A DNA stretch of 63,417 nt, the filler included, from Octopus bimaculoides (lineage: Eukaryota), in assembly GCF_001194135.2 (NCBI RefSeq). It is 5 parts of 5 records of this genome, joined end to end, with 100 filler letters (N's around TTAATTAATTAA, not from the genome) between each part and the next. Parts side by side here need not be neighbours in the genome. Positions count along the whole stretch, not along the records: positions 1 to 28,578 come from NC_068984.1; 4 more parts are not named here. One strand, written 5' to 3'. The translations under genes and the position numbers were made by a program. The notes beneath the pieces are model-generated. The model worked only from the letters and a program-made list of their open reading frames with translations. It was not told the DNA's origin and ran no database searches. Below are positions 1 to 13,285 of this stretch, in pieces (within the stretch, counting starts at the first letter, position 1; each line of letters starts with the position of its first letter).

Positions 1-300
1 TGGAATCTAAAAACAGAAACAATTCCTATCATAGTAGGTGCCTTAGGTATAATAAAAAAATATTCAGACAAATACATAACAAAAACACCAGGACTTACAA
101 ATATATATATAACATACAGAAAATTGCACTACTGGGTACTGCACACATTCTACGCAAAACACTTTCAATACAGTAAACATAAGAGCACCACAGCAAACCA
201 CAGCACATACCCAAGGTGCACAGAGCTGCGCTCGGTAGTGAAGTGAAAGCACGTTATAAAAATAAAACTACTGAATAATAATAATAATAATAATAATGAT
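1..300 (+). mobile_element. 3' end of an R4/Dong-type (RLE-domain) non-LTR retrotransposon with (AAT)n tail
   Basis: Translates WNLKTETIPIIVGALGIIKK...QKIALLGTAHILRKTLSIQ* (stop 174-176, one AT-slippage frameshift), then a short 3'UTR and (AAT)n. Confidence 0.8.
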
Positions 301-318
301 GATAATGATAACAACAGC

Positions 319-352
<34 letters not shown>

Positions 353-1749
353 ATTGCTTTATGAACCACAAGGGTTTACACGAAGAAAAATAGTCATCAT
401 CGTCATCAACAACATCTGGATAATAGTGTCTGGATTCCTAGAGCTTCCCTAGGCGAATAAGTGATCCTGGTCATAACAAAACCCCTGCATGGACTGGAGG
501 AACGTGAAGTTATTTTACTCAAAAGCAAATCTAGCAAGCCGATCTCGGAAACGAAACAGCTATCTAGCGATCGTGAATGCAGCATCGCCTTAACCACAAG
601 CTCATGCATCAAGGGAATAACCACTCGATAATAACCTTTTATCAATAAGAGAATAACGTTACAGATAATGCAGGAAATTGAAAATAACAAAGAGTTGTAT
701 GTATAAATATGTGTTTGTGTACGTGCATACAATGCAGTTGATATAATATAAAAATATGTATCGAAGAAATAGGGAAAGTATTATATACATTTCAAGCAAA
801 TTATCAGAAACATCATTAAATGCGAAATATATTCCTGTGAAGACTAAATACATATTAGTGATAATAAAGTTTAAAAGGAATTTTACCCACAAAATATTTC
901 CTTGTCAAGCACAGTAAAATTCTATGCCACAATAGAGTAATTTTCTTCAAATATTCTTATATTCTTGCATTCTGCTTGCTACATACAGACATACACGCAC
1001 GCTTAGTTATAGTCACACACAATTATATACGCAATTTATATATATATATATATATATATATTGCATGAGTCTCCTTTCTGAAAGCACTTCATTAAATGCA
1101 ACTGATCTGAATATTATATATTCAAAGGAGTGGTTACATGATATGAAACAGAATATGGCTGCAGATTGATATAGGTGCTTGTGCATATCTTCTGTGTTGC
1201 GAGTGTCATGCATCAGATATGAGAGCTACAACTACTAGTTTGTGTGACGTCATTATATCATCCAACCGACTGAATATCCTACATGTCGTGTATTATGCCA
1301 TTCTTTTGCATTTCGCTCATCTGCTGCGCAAATAAAATGCATTCCTCTTGAGTAAAATGGATTTATTTAGAACATCATTTGCTTTATGAGGGTGAATTTA
1401 TTATACCATCTAAGATATCACTTAAGATTATCTTCCGTTCAGTGTACGTATATCTGAACACACGTGCAGATACAATCATGCATCCGTGCACAGAGGCATA
1501 AGCTTGCACATGCGCACAAACACGGACATGAATAATGAGGCGTACCTCTATGCGAACGTATATACATGCGCATGAGTGTGTGTTTGTGAGAGAATGTGTA
1601 TGAACATGCGCACAAAAACTACAAATCTCAGCATATTTACACGCATGCGTACGCATTCATTTCGCTATTATTTTGTTGCATATGTATTTGATAATAACAA
1701 TAATGATGGGAAATAGAGATAAATGGAATGTGGAGTCTAAAAACAGAAT

Positions 1750-2043
1750 CGAGATTTGGAAATAGAGGTAACTCGAATGTGGAGCATAAAAACAGAAATA
1801 ATTCTTAATATAATTGGCATTAGGTATGACAAAAACATTCAGACAAATACATAACAAAAATATCATGACTTATAAGAATATATAACATACAGAAACTAGC
1901 ACTACTAGGCACCGCACACATTCTATATAAAGCGCTTTCAATACAGTGAAAATAAGAGCACCGCAACAAACCAAACCACATACCCAAGGCACACAGAGCT
2001 GCGCTCCGTAGTGTTGCGAAAGCACGTGATAAAAATAAGACTA

Positions 2044-2074
<31 letters not shown>

Positions 2075-2086
2075 GTAATAATAATG

Positions 2087-2131
<45 letters not shown>
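1750..2131 (+). mobile_element. Second, more diverged copy of the same R4/Dong-type 3' end with a long (AAT)n tail
   Basis: DLEIEVTRMWSIKTEI...QKLALLGTAHIL; the 3'UTR aligns by eye with 177-275. Confidence 0.8.
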
Positions 2132-2132
<1 letters not shown>

Positions 2133-2134
2133 GG

Positions 2135-2181
<47 letters not shown>

Positions 2182-2240
2182 CATCATCAACAACATTATT
2201 ATTATTATTATTATTAGTATCATTATTATTATTATTATTA
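2047..2240. repeat. (AAT)n followed by (ATT)n: inverted microsatellite pair
   Basis: ~85 nt of AAT, a 4-nt aagg spacer, then ~105 nt of ATT with interruptions. Confidence 0.9.
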
Positions 2241-2770
2241 AGAACCTTAAAAAAGAGACCGTGAGCATTATACTTGCAGCGCTAGACCAAGATCTGGCCA
2301 CGAACTGGAGTAAGGGTCTCTACTGTTCCTAAGTGTCTCTACTGTGCCGCATCTGTCATAAAGTGGATGAAACCATTGAACATATCACGAACGTATGCCC
2401 TACGCTTGCCCAAAACCACTACAAGTTTTGGCGATACGATCAGGTAGCGAAAGTGCTACATTGGAAACTGTGCGAAAAGTCGGGGGCTAGAGAGTGATGG
2501 AGTCGAAGACGCAAAATCATCTGGGATTTCCCAATTCAAACAGATCAGGCGCTAGAGTATAACCGACCGGAGCTAGTGGTGGTCGAAAAGATGCACCACA
2601 TGTGCTATATAGTTGATGTTCCATGCCCATTTAACCCACGAATAGTCAAGAAGGAAGGCGAGACAATAGATAAATACAACCATCTTAAGTACGAAATAGT
2701 CCGTCTATGGAAAAGGAAGAAGGTGAAAATAGTGCCAATTATTGTTTGGACAATAAGTTTTACACAAGTT
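2240..2770 (+). mobile_element. R4/Dong-type LINE fragment (Zn-knuckle/RLE region), different subfamily
   Basis: NLKKETVSIILAALDQDLATN; ETIEHITNVCPTLAQNHY..DQVAKVLHWKLC; WDFPIQTD...NRPELVVV...IVDVPCP...KYNHLKYEIVRLW (PD-(D/E)xK-type RLE), with frameshifts. Confidence 0.82.
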
Positions 2771-4756
2771 TTGCCTCCTTGGGTAGCCAGAATAATCAGG
2801 AAAGTAAAAGATAGCTGAAAAGAACGGATAACATTGTACCGAAATGTGCATGTAGCAAGCCCGCTACGCATGCATGACCCCATGAGTTCCAACTAACCTC
2901 TGATAAAAAATTAAAAAATTAATCCTACATGATATATATTCGGGTTAAGTTATTGACCGCTATCATCGTCTCCAACACATAACATGTACTTTATTCTAAC
3001 GCGATTTGAGTGTTTTACAAGTAAATAAAAATCGTTTGCTTATAATGAATTTGACAACTTTCATGAAATATAGTGTTTATTCTTCTCTAATTGTGATACA
3101 TTACAAATTCTCTTAATCTTCAGCTATCTCATGCTCCATGTGTGGAAACTGAACGTCGCCCATCTCAAAACTAGAGAAATTATGCCTCTTCCAAATGACA
3201 AAATTATAACAGAAATAAAACCGAATGTTGACCCCAATGTTATTACGGAAATTCAGTTTTTAAATGTGATGCATAAGGTTAACGAATAGTGGTCTGCTCA
3301 TATTAGCATCACGTTAGAAACACTGTCAAGTATCCGGAATACGTGATGCCAAAATGCAAGCAAAATGCAAGCAAACACCATAGAAGACTCAAATGGAAAT
3401 GACAGTAATAAAAAAGAATGTATACCTATTTTACAGTCATGCTCACCCCACACATGGAATGCATCCAGCAATAATATTTTCGTGTAAAATTGAAGATAAA
3501 TAATACAGTTGTAAACAGAAATTTGGTACAGTAACAGTGTAGTAAGGTATAGAAAATTAGTTTACAAATGCATGTGTCGGCGTTAAAATATATACGAAAG
3601 AAAATATAATATGCATAACGAAAGCACAGTTTAAGACTACGATGTCAGATAGTACAATAGCAAATATGAAATATCCAGAATCAGAGGAAGTCTTTAGATA
3701 TATAACGTCGTGAAATCGTCAAGAATCCGTCTCTTTGAAAAGCCTCATAGATCATTGAACAAAAGGAAATGGTTCGAAGACAACCTAAATCGATATTACA
3801 ATGTACAAAAGATAACAATGTATTGCAGTTCAAAAGAGAATTAGACTTCTCTGAAATGGGGAAAGATTAACCTTGGCTAGTGTAACGTTCGAAAATCCAA
3901 TCAGATTTGGGACAATCGATTGTGCCCATAGCAATGCTATAAGTTTCTTAGACTCTACCGAAAATCTAATTGGACGCCACCAAGCAATATAATGTACACT
4001 TGGCCAAATATTTAACTCGGGTACATAAAGTACACTGAGAGTAACGTTACTAAATATGTTATACTTGCCTTACTGATAAAAACAATAGATTGGCTCAGTG
4101 AAAGGAGTTTAGTGTTCTCAACAAAAGAAAGCAAAATATAAAATTACCAAAGACAGCAAAAATAAACAAACAATAATAGATGCATTTGAAATTAACACGA
4201 CGAGAAATTGACATGACGAGATTAAAATATGCATAATTTCAGAGACCTAGATATTTGACGCAATTAACAACAAGTTATAGAATAACTATTCTAGAAGTAG
4301 AAACAAATCTTTGGAAAGAATGTTGGAAAACTAATAGATTTTAAGTACAAAATACATTCTGAAAAACTGATGTTGTTTTCGAAGGAGACTAACAATTTCA
4401 GAACAGATGTTCAAGTAACCGATACATATGAGAGGAAAGAGACTCGTCAATAAAGTGATTATTATTTAGTTGTTCAACATCATTTCGACAGTCAAGGCTT
4501 AAAAATAGAGTACGTATATCTTATTAACGCATTATAAAATCAAAATTAGCAAAATATATTTCATTTATGCCTAATCAATAATGCTACTGCAGGGGATGTT
4601 ATATCGATGTATTTCAATATTGAATCACTTCTTTCTGAATCATAAGTAGAGCTAGATATTTTGGCATAAACCGCAACACAGGAAACAAATAGAGGAGAAT
4701 GTTTACATATTTCATTCACTTTAAAGCGTATTTTTCCTTTAGATCTTGATTTTCAG

Positions 4757-4933
4757 CTTAATTCTGCCTGCGGTGACAAAAACCAAAAGTGCAGAAAAGC
4801 TCAACAAAGTACCAGCGGTGTTGGCACAATTACAGTAACTCCATATTCGAATTTCATTTTGTTACTAATTATTTTTTTCATTATTCAAGCCATTATGCGC
4901 GTAATCACCCTTCATGTTCTCATTGCCGTTTGA
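4757..4933 (+). CDS. Candidate terminal exon or pseudo-exon: LNSACGDKNQKCRKAQQSTSGVGTITVTPYSNFILLLIIFFIIQAIMRVITLHVLIAV* (TM/GPI-signal-like C-terminus)
   Basis: Acceptor-like cttgattttcag, 58 open codons, Cys pair, S/T/G linker and hydrophobic tail. No convincing upstream exon was found. Confidence 0.3.
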   Translation, partial: LNSACGDKNQKCRKAQQSTSGVGTITVTPYSNFILLLIIFFIIQAIMRVITLHVLIAV

Positions 4934-6309
4934 ATGCGCAGCGGCTAATTTTTTAAAGTTTTACGATTATTTAGTTTCAATAATATATGGCTAATTGTAA
5001 ATGAATGACCAAAATTTGTTCTTTTCTTATTCATATTTATTCATTACACATGAAAATCTAAGTTATGCATTTGGTTGAGTCGCTGCCTAAAGTTATTACC
5101 TCTTGTTGTCATGGTTTTATATTTTCCTATAACTCTAATGAAGTACAACTTTGAGAGAAATCAATTTTGTATGACAAACCCATTTTATTTAAGACATCCA
5201 GTATGCAATCCAAAATAATTCAGTACAGTTTTAGCTGCAAATCTGTTAATGAAAATATTATGCTATTAATTCAATTTTGTCTCTAGGATTATTGTGATTT
5301 TGTGTAGCCCCTGACCCGTTTTAAAATCATTTCTGAAAAAACAGCCATAGTCCAATAATGCATTTTTGCACACTTATTGTCTGAAAAAAAATAATTTTTC
5401 TTTAGAAACAAATTTTGATGCAAATGCTTTTCTATGTCATTCATACAAACATGAAAAAAAAAAATGATTACTCACAGTTAATTCATTCCTTCTTGTTAGA
5501 GGGAATGAATTCATATATACATACATGGACACATACATGCATGCATACATACATACATACGTACATACATACACACATACATATATACATACATAGATAT
5601 AAGCATATATACACACATACACAGATATATATCATATATATATATATATATATATATANNNNNNNNNNNNNNNNNNNNNNNNNNNNNNNNNNNNNNNNNN
5701 NNNNNNNNNNNNNNNNNNNNNNNNNNNNNNNNNNNNNNNNNNATATATATATGCTAGTATATATATATATATATGCTAGCAACGAAAATGAGTTTCAGCA
5801 ATGACAAATCAAAATTATTCAAACTTATTGCTAAAAGATTTCAGAGCCTGAAGGCTACAAAGGAAAATAGAAAAAGTAGAAAAAAAGCAAATAATGTGTG
5901 TAATCTTAGATATATGAAAGTAAACAATCCGATTTGGAACACTAGCTTAGAGTATTTAATTTGATTTAACTTATCAAATTATTTGAAACTCTACAATCTC
6001 CGAGCACACTTTAACCAACATCTTGTAGTTTTTCTTCTGTAGATTCTCATACCATCAAGCACACGTTCACTCTAGATTTTAAGCCCAGTTAAACATTCTC
6101 ACTGTCCCGATTTTGAGTATTGTAACATAATTACAGAGAGAATACAGAACAGCAAAACTTGACAACTATATTGTAGCTTTCTCTTTGAAAATTAAAGTAA
6201 AATTGTTGAAGAACTTACTCAGAAAAAGTGTTGTAGTCTGTTATCTACTCCTCAGAGATGACGTAACTGATTTCATCTCATTCACGTTATGCTGTGCATG
6301 ATATCTATC

Positions 6310-6388
<79 letters not shown>

Positions 6389-8159
6389 NNNNNNNNNNNN
6401 NNNNNNNNNNNNNNNNNNNNNNNNNNNNNNNNNNNNNNNNNNNNNNNNNNNNNNNNNNNNNNNNNNNNNNNNNNNNNNNNNNNNNNNNNNNNNNNNNNNN
6501 NNNNNNNNNNNNNNNNNNNNNNNNNNNNNNNNNNNNNNNNNNNNNNNNNNNNNNNNNNNNNNNNNNNNNNNNNNNNNNNNNNNNNNNNNNNNNNNNNNNN
6601 NNNNNNNNNNNNNNNNNNNNNNNNNNNNNNNNNNNNNNNNNNNNNNNNNNNNNNNNNNNNNNNNNNNNNNNNNNNNNNNNNNNNNNNNNNNNNNNNNNNN
6701 NNNNNNNNNNNNNNNNNNNNNNNNNNNNNNNNNNNNNNNNNNNNNNNNNNNNNNNNNNNNNNNNNNNNNNNNNNNNNNNNNNNNNNNNNNNNNNNNNNNN
6801 NNNNNNNNNNNNNNNNNNNNNNNNNNNNNNNNNNNNNNNNNNNNNNNNNNNNNNNNNNNNNNNNNNNNNNNNNNNNNNNNNNNNNNNNNNNNNNNNNNNN
6901 NNNNNNNNNNNNNNNNNNNNNNNNNNNNNNNNNNNNNNNNNNNNNNNNNNNNNNNNNNNNNNNNNNNNNNNNNNNNNNNNNNNNNNNNNNNNNNNNNNNN
7001 NNNNNNNNNNNNNNNNNNNNNNNNNNNNNNNNNNNNNNNNNNNNNNNNNNNNNNNNNNNNNNNNNNNNNNNNNNNNNNNNNNNNNNNNNNNNNNNNNNNN
7101 NNNNNNNNNNNNNNNNNNNNNNNNNNNNNNNNNNNNNNNNNNNNNNNNNNNNNNNNNNNNNNNNNNNNNNNNNNNNNNNNNNNNNNNNNNNNNNNNNNNN
7201 NNNNNNNNNNNNNNNNNNNNNNNNNNNNNNNNNNNNNNNNNNNNNNNNNNNNNNNNNNNNNNNNNNNNNNNNNNNNNNNNNNNNNNNNNNNNNNNNNNNN
7301 NNNNNNNNNNNNNNNNNNNNNNNNNNNNNNNNNNNNNNNNNNNNNNNNNNNNNNNNNNNNNNATATATATATATATATATAGGGTGCGATGAGTCGGTAC
7401 AGTATTTTATATTTTATAATTTAAAATGTTATATATTATATTTTTAATGTTGCGTATGTGCACTGTTTTCTTTTGATTTTGTAAGCTATAGTAGGCTCAG
7501 CTGGGCACCTTCTATGAGTCAAAGAGCAGCATGCCGCAATGATATTTTCACGTAATTTTGGTAAATATATGTTAAAATGAGATGTCAGTCTTCATTTTTG
7601 CCTTATTTAGACGACAATTTATTCACTGCATCATGTATGTATGTGTCTGTGCATGCACACACATGCACATATCTCTCTATATACACACACATGTATATAT
7701 ATATATAAATATATACAACACACACTCACACACACATATATGTATATATACATACATAGACACATGCAAATATATATATATATATATGTATATATGTGTA
7801 TATATAGACACACACACACACACAGAGGTATTCATATATGTACACACTTGAAACATGCGTTTTCTTCAAGTTTGAGTATGTGCATATAATTATTTATGGG
7901 ATTTCCTTAATGTTTGATGTTACACTTCGCTCACAGATTCTTAAGCTTATTGACATGTTTTTTGAGTTTTCTACCTGCGAATCATGGGATTTCATGCATA
8001 TTTGCTATACATATAAATCTATGTAGTCAGGGCCTCCAACTTCAGTTCATGGGAGTGTACATCTGGAACTCATAATATACATATATAGTATAATATTCAT
8101 AAAATCAATATCTCAAAACTTATCCAGGCTGGAAAGGTAGCAGAGTGGGTAGTCAGGCC

Positions 8160-8640
8160 ATGCGTGAAATTTCGAAGTATGAATTGTTTCTCGTGCTTTC
8201 AAGGAGATAGTCTTTGCTGCCAATTATCTAAAGCATTCATTGTTGAACATATATATGTTAATTTTTCCGTGATAGACAGGTGACACTTGCTGCCCCGTCC
8301 CTTATATATGCCGGTCTTAGCTATGATGCTTCACTTTATATAGGTTCTTCACGTTCGTCTCTTTGAATGTCCATACCATATTGGATAAAGATGATGTGTG
8401 TCTTTTGTTTTGGTCTCTGAACTAAACAAGATGCTGCGTTTATTTCTTTATGAAGATGTTTCCCTTCATACCAATATAACGTTTTCTTCTTCCGCTTATG
8501 TCCATGGCACTGAACTTGTTCTTGTACCATGAATGTATGGTGCAAGAGGCAGTTATCTGCGGATCGACAGTAAAAGGATCTGGGGTGAGTCTTCCTGATG
8601 TTATTCTTATTGTGGTTGTATATCATCAATCTTATCATGG
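8160..8640 (-). mobile_element. Decayed Penelope-like element, C-terminal GIY-YIG endonuclease region
   Basis: Across frameshifts: FYCRSADNCLL...KRYIGMKGNIF...SSLSNMVWTFKE...SKCHLSITEKL...KHEKQFILRNF, matching the YIG...CxLCxxEK...CRHxNK layout. Confidence 0.65.
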
Positions 8641-10630
8641 GGAGATTTATATTAGCTTAAACTGTATTTCTATGATATTTATGTGATTTTGATTTGTCTG
8701 CATCTATGAACTTCAGACATTTTCCACATATTTGTAACCACATTGTTTTTGTGTGCAGGAATATTGCATAGTATTTATTTTGGTTTCCGTCTTCACAGCC
8801 TATCTACATTTGCTTCAATATAAATTATATTATTCTATTGGATTTTCTTGATGCGGTGTTATATGGGGCTGCTTTTCCCAACAAATAGAATATATCCATA
8901 ACACCAGGCTCAGAAATCCCAATAAATTAAAACTATACATTTTAACTCCTAATCTCTATCTAATTCCTCTTTCTTACTAGAATATCACAACCATTTAATT
9001 ATATTCGTGTGTATATGCGTGCATACATATATGCGTGTGTGCGTTTGTGTATGTGTGCATGTATGTGTATGTGTGTGTGTATGTATATATACATGCAATG
9101 TATATATACCTGCATGTGCTGGGGCGATAATACATACAGATACACGTATGTATGGGTGTGCGTGTGTGCATATGCATTTGATTACGTGTTGTGTGCGTGG
9201 GTGTTGATATTTATAAGTGTATATATACATGTTTGATATGGGCAGGTGTATGCATCTTCACATATATATTTTCTTCTACTACCAAGCACTGGCCTGTCCA
9301 ACTAACCTAACCTATATTCCCAAATTTTCCCTTCCACTATTTTACTACCCCTACCCACCTCTCTCTGCCCCTCACTTAGACGCTATGGCTACATACCAGA
9401 CACTCCTTTATTCTTTACACTATTATACCTCTCTCTCTCTATCACCCATTACCCCTATTTTCCTTCTATCTGACACTTCTTTACTCTTTGCCCTATCATC
9501 TTTTCACACGACATATCGTTCTCTCTCTATCACCTTGACCTCCTCATTCCTACTATCAATTTATCTTGACTGACCACTAACCAGTACGCTTTCCCTCTCC
9601 TCATCTCTTTATTATCTCTCTCCCCGCTTTTCTTCCTTTTTTCTTTTTTTTATCTATTTCCTTTTTTTTTCTTTTTTTTTATCTATTTCCTTTTTTTTCT
9701 TTTTTATTTTCATTTTTCTTTTATTTAATCCTCTCTTCCTGTTTTCAATTTAACCTTACAATTACATTCCCTAGCTTTAAGCCACTTTAAAGAAAGCCCC
9801 CCATTCAACAACACTGTGTACAAACTCTATACTTGAAATGACTAATTTTAAATACTATTGAAACACACTCACAAGGTATTGGAATCTTATATGTATACCA
9901 TTCTGCCTAAAATATGGATCTACGGATGCAATATCACTGCATGTCTCACGTCTATTTTCATTCCTCCACTTCACTCTCCATTTCTTATCTAAATTACCTA
10001 TTGCTTAACCATCGTCTCACACCGTCTCCAATGAAGGTATATATAAAATATCCAGGAAACAGCTGTAAGACCTTCTATTTATAAATGTTCTCAAATCTTT
10101 CACAGCCTTGGATTTTTATCTCATTCTGAAAATTTATATATATATATATNNNNNNNNNNNNNNNNNNNNNNNNNNNNNNNNNNNNNNNNNNNNNNNNNNN
10201 NNNNNNNNNNNNNNNNNNNNNNNNNNNNNNNNNNNNNNNNNNNNNNNNNNNNNNNNNNNNNNNNNNNNNNNNNNNNNNNNNNNNNNNNNNNNNNNNNNNN
10301 NNNNNNNNNNNNNNNNNNNNNNNNNNNNNNNNNNNNNNNNNNNNNNNNNNNNNNNNNNNNNNNNNNNNNNNNNNNNNNNNNNNNNNNNNNNNNNNNNNNN
10401 NNNNNNNNNNNNNNNNNNNNNNNNNNNNNNNNNNNNNNNNNNNNNNNNNNNNNNNNNNNNNNNNNNNNNNNNNNNNNNNNNNNNNNNNNNNNNNNNNNNN
10501 NNNNNNNNNNNNNNNNNTATATATATATATATATGTTTATATATATTTATACATATATATATACGCTCGTACCTATATATACATATATGTAGATTTATAT
10601 ATATGCATATATATAGAGAGAACGAAATAT

Positions 10631-10677
<47 letters not shown>

Positions 10678-12392
10678 TATAGAAATACTAAGCATAAGAT
10701 ACGTACCCATAAAAGACCTATGAGTAAGCGCAGAAGAGAGAATATTTTCCAAACTGCACATAATTCAGTGACGTAATGCTGTAGTTGCTGTTGCGCGAAT
10801 ATTCGAATTTCATACAATGACAATAAACTGAAAACAAATCTCGTACAAAGAATGAAATGAAATTAAAAAAAACGATTTTGTTATTAGTAGTCTTTTACTC
10901 TATATTATTTACACACACACACACACACANNNNNNNNNNNNNNNNNNNNNNNNNNNNNNNNNNNNNNNNNNNNNNNNNNNNNNNNNNNNNNNNNNNNNNN
11001 NNNNNNNNNNNNNNNNNNNNNNNNNNNNNNNNNNNNNNNNNNNNNNNNNNNNNNNNNNNNNNNNNNNNNNNNNNNNNNNNNNNNNNNNNNNNNNNNNNNN
11101 NNNNNNNNNNNNNNNNNNNNNNNNNNNNNNNNNNNNNNNNNNNNNNNNNNNNNNNNNNNNNNNNNNNNNNNNNNNNNNNNNNNNNNNNNNNNNNNNNNNN
11201 NNNNNNNNNNNNNNNNNNNNNNNNNNNNNNNNNNNNNNNNNNNNNNNNNNNNNNNNNNNNNNNNNNNNNNNNNNNNNNNNNNNNNNNNNNNNNNNNNNCA
11301 AATTATTTCCTTTGTAAAGAGTTTGAAATAAATAAATTAATACAAGCCACTTTCATTGTAAAATGTACTCGGTATTAATTTAAAACATATCAAAATACCA
11401 GACCATAACAAAACCCCGATCAATAATTAGTATGAATAACAAATGAAAACACAGTTATTTTGTTATTGTAGTAGTGGAATTGATATTTAGTGGCGGATAA
11501 TTTTGAAGATGTTTTTCTTTAAAGATCATGAGTACGAGTATAATGTAGACGATTTTAATATCGGCAATGATGACGATAATGATGATTAATGAGGAGTCGG
11601 AGGAGGGGTCGGCGATATGATCGGAAGAGGAGGAGGAAAGGATGGATGATGACGACGAGGAGGACGATGACGAAGATAATGGATATGTTGATGATGTTGA
11701 TGATGATTACGATGAGGATGACGATGAAAATTGTGATGCAGAGGAGGATATATAATAGACTATATAATCCAGCATGTGTATGTTCATTTGTGAGCGAATG
11801 CGTATATGCAGGTAAATAGATTTCGTGATATTGACGTAGCGAAGATTTTTCAGGAAAACACATGCATTTATAATATTTAATATATCATTAATTATTATGA
11901 TCTAATAAGTTTCACACACACACACACACANNNNNNNNNNNNNNNNNNNNNNNNNNNNNNNNNNNNNNNNNNNNNNNNNNNNNNNNNNNNNNNNNNNNNN
12001 NNNNNNNNNNNNNNNNNNNNNNNNNNNNNNNNNNNNNNNNNNNNNNNNNNNNNNNNNNNNNNNNNCTCCCAAAAAGAAAAGCTCTACATTGTATTTGTCC
12101 CATCTTCGTTGAGCCCTGTGTGGCTAATAAAAGAAATGTATCTATGTATAATCCATATTGTATATATTCATATATTCTATATAATAACCGTTCCAATACT
12201 TCATTTTACAAACAGCTAGATACTGGAGTCATGTAAATGCTAAACTTCTAATTCTCAAACGTCCACGTTGACTCCATGTTTGATACACATCCATTTGACG
12301 TTCTGTGGTTTGAATTAGTCCTCATCGAGGAGACGATCAAAAGATGTGTTCGTAGAGTTTCATTGATACAAGCATAACAACATACTTGATTC

Positions 12393-12600
12393 CTAAGGCG
12401 GGGAAACGTTAGCACGCCGGGTGAAATGTTTAGCGGCATTTCGTCTGTCTTTACGTTCTGAGTTCAAATTCCAAGGTCGCCTATTCCTTTCAACTTTCCG
12501 GGATCGATAAATTAAGTACTACTTACGTACTGTGGTCGATCTAATCGACTGGTCCCTCTCCCAAAATTTCGTGACTAGTACCAAGATTAGAAAAAGTATA
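12393..12600 (+). mobile_element. SINE family B (gttagcacgccgg...gttctgagttcaaattcc...ggtcgat); further copies on both strands at ~41190-41360(-), 41875-42010(-), 42080-42270(+), 42570-42790(+), 44070-44245(-), 49495-49715(-), 52780-52925(-), 53905-54102(-), 54825-54990(-), 58780-58985(+)
   Basis: Shared B-box-like gttctgagttcaaattcc head and ctttcatcctttcggggtcgataaa body, recurring more than 10 times. Confidence 0.8.
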
Positions 12601-12716
12601 TGTGATTCCTTCCATAAAATTATTGGCCTTCCCCATTTTGTGGATGCAAATTTGAAAACGAATAACGGTATTATATATATAATACGAAATGTGTGGGACT
12701 TTTGAAGAATTTATGT

Positions 12717-12880
12717 AGGGGTTGCTGTGTGGTAAGTAGCTTGCTCACCAACCACATGGTTCCGGGTACAGTCTCACTGCGTAGCATTTTCGGCAAGTGT
12801 TTTCTACTATAACCTCCGGCCGACCAAAGCCTTGTGAGTGGATTTGGTAGACGGAAACTGAGAGAAGCCCGTCGTATATA
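12717..12880 (+). mobile_element. SINE family A (tRNA-like head gtgtggtaagtagcttgc...ggttccggg), 5' half; head-only copy at 51558-51620(+), others at 50965-51130(-), 33666-33885(+), 59010-59315(+)
   Basis: A/B-box-like head and a shared ttgggcaagtgtcttctactatag core recurring through the window. Confidence 0.8.
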
Positions 12881-13211
12881 CACATAAGGATTAAACAGCT
12901 GACAATTTTTTTGAAACGTTTACTAAACAGATGAGAACTGTAACTGTAGAATCTTTCAAAATGCAGAGATCCAATTCCTCTTCCTGATAGCAGATCAGGC
13001 AACACGAGTAAGTTCTCCTCATTTACCAAATCTAAACACAGAGGTAAAGCTATGGAAAGGAAATTAAATATTCACACCAGTATAGATGGTCTAGCATGTT
13101 TGCCACAAGGTAAAAATCATACACAAGCACAGACATTCAATCACGCACACAAGTCCAAATATGTATGTGCGTGTGTATGTTCTGATATACATATGTATAT
13201 TCATGTGTGTT

Positions 13212-13285
<74 letters not shown>

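Noticed and set aside
5415-7392. Long ORFs spanning N runs (also 10108-11378, 14025-14819, 24524-25308, 39955-40634, 47123-48068 and others)
   Set aside because: Their length comes from untranslatable Ns and (TA)n/(CA)n repeats; there is no coding signal.
11555-11863. Acidic/basic low-complexity ORFs (also 54660-54864 and 58371-58592)
   Set aside because: These are mixed GAT/GAC/GAG or CAC/CAT trinucleotide tracts, open in several frames by composition alone.
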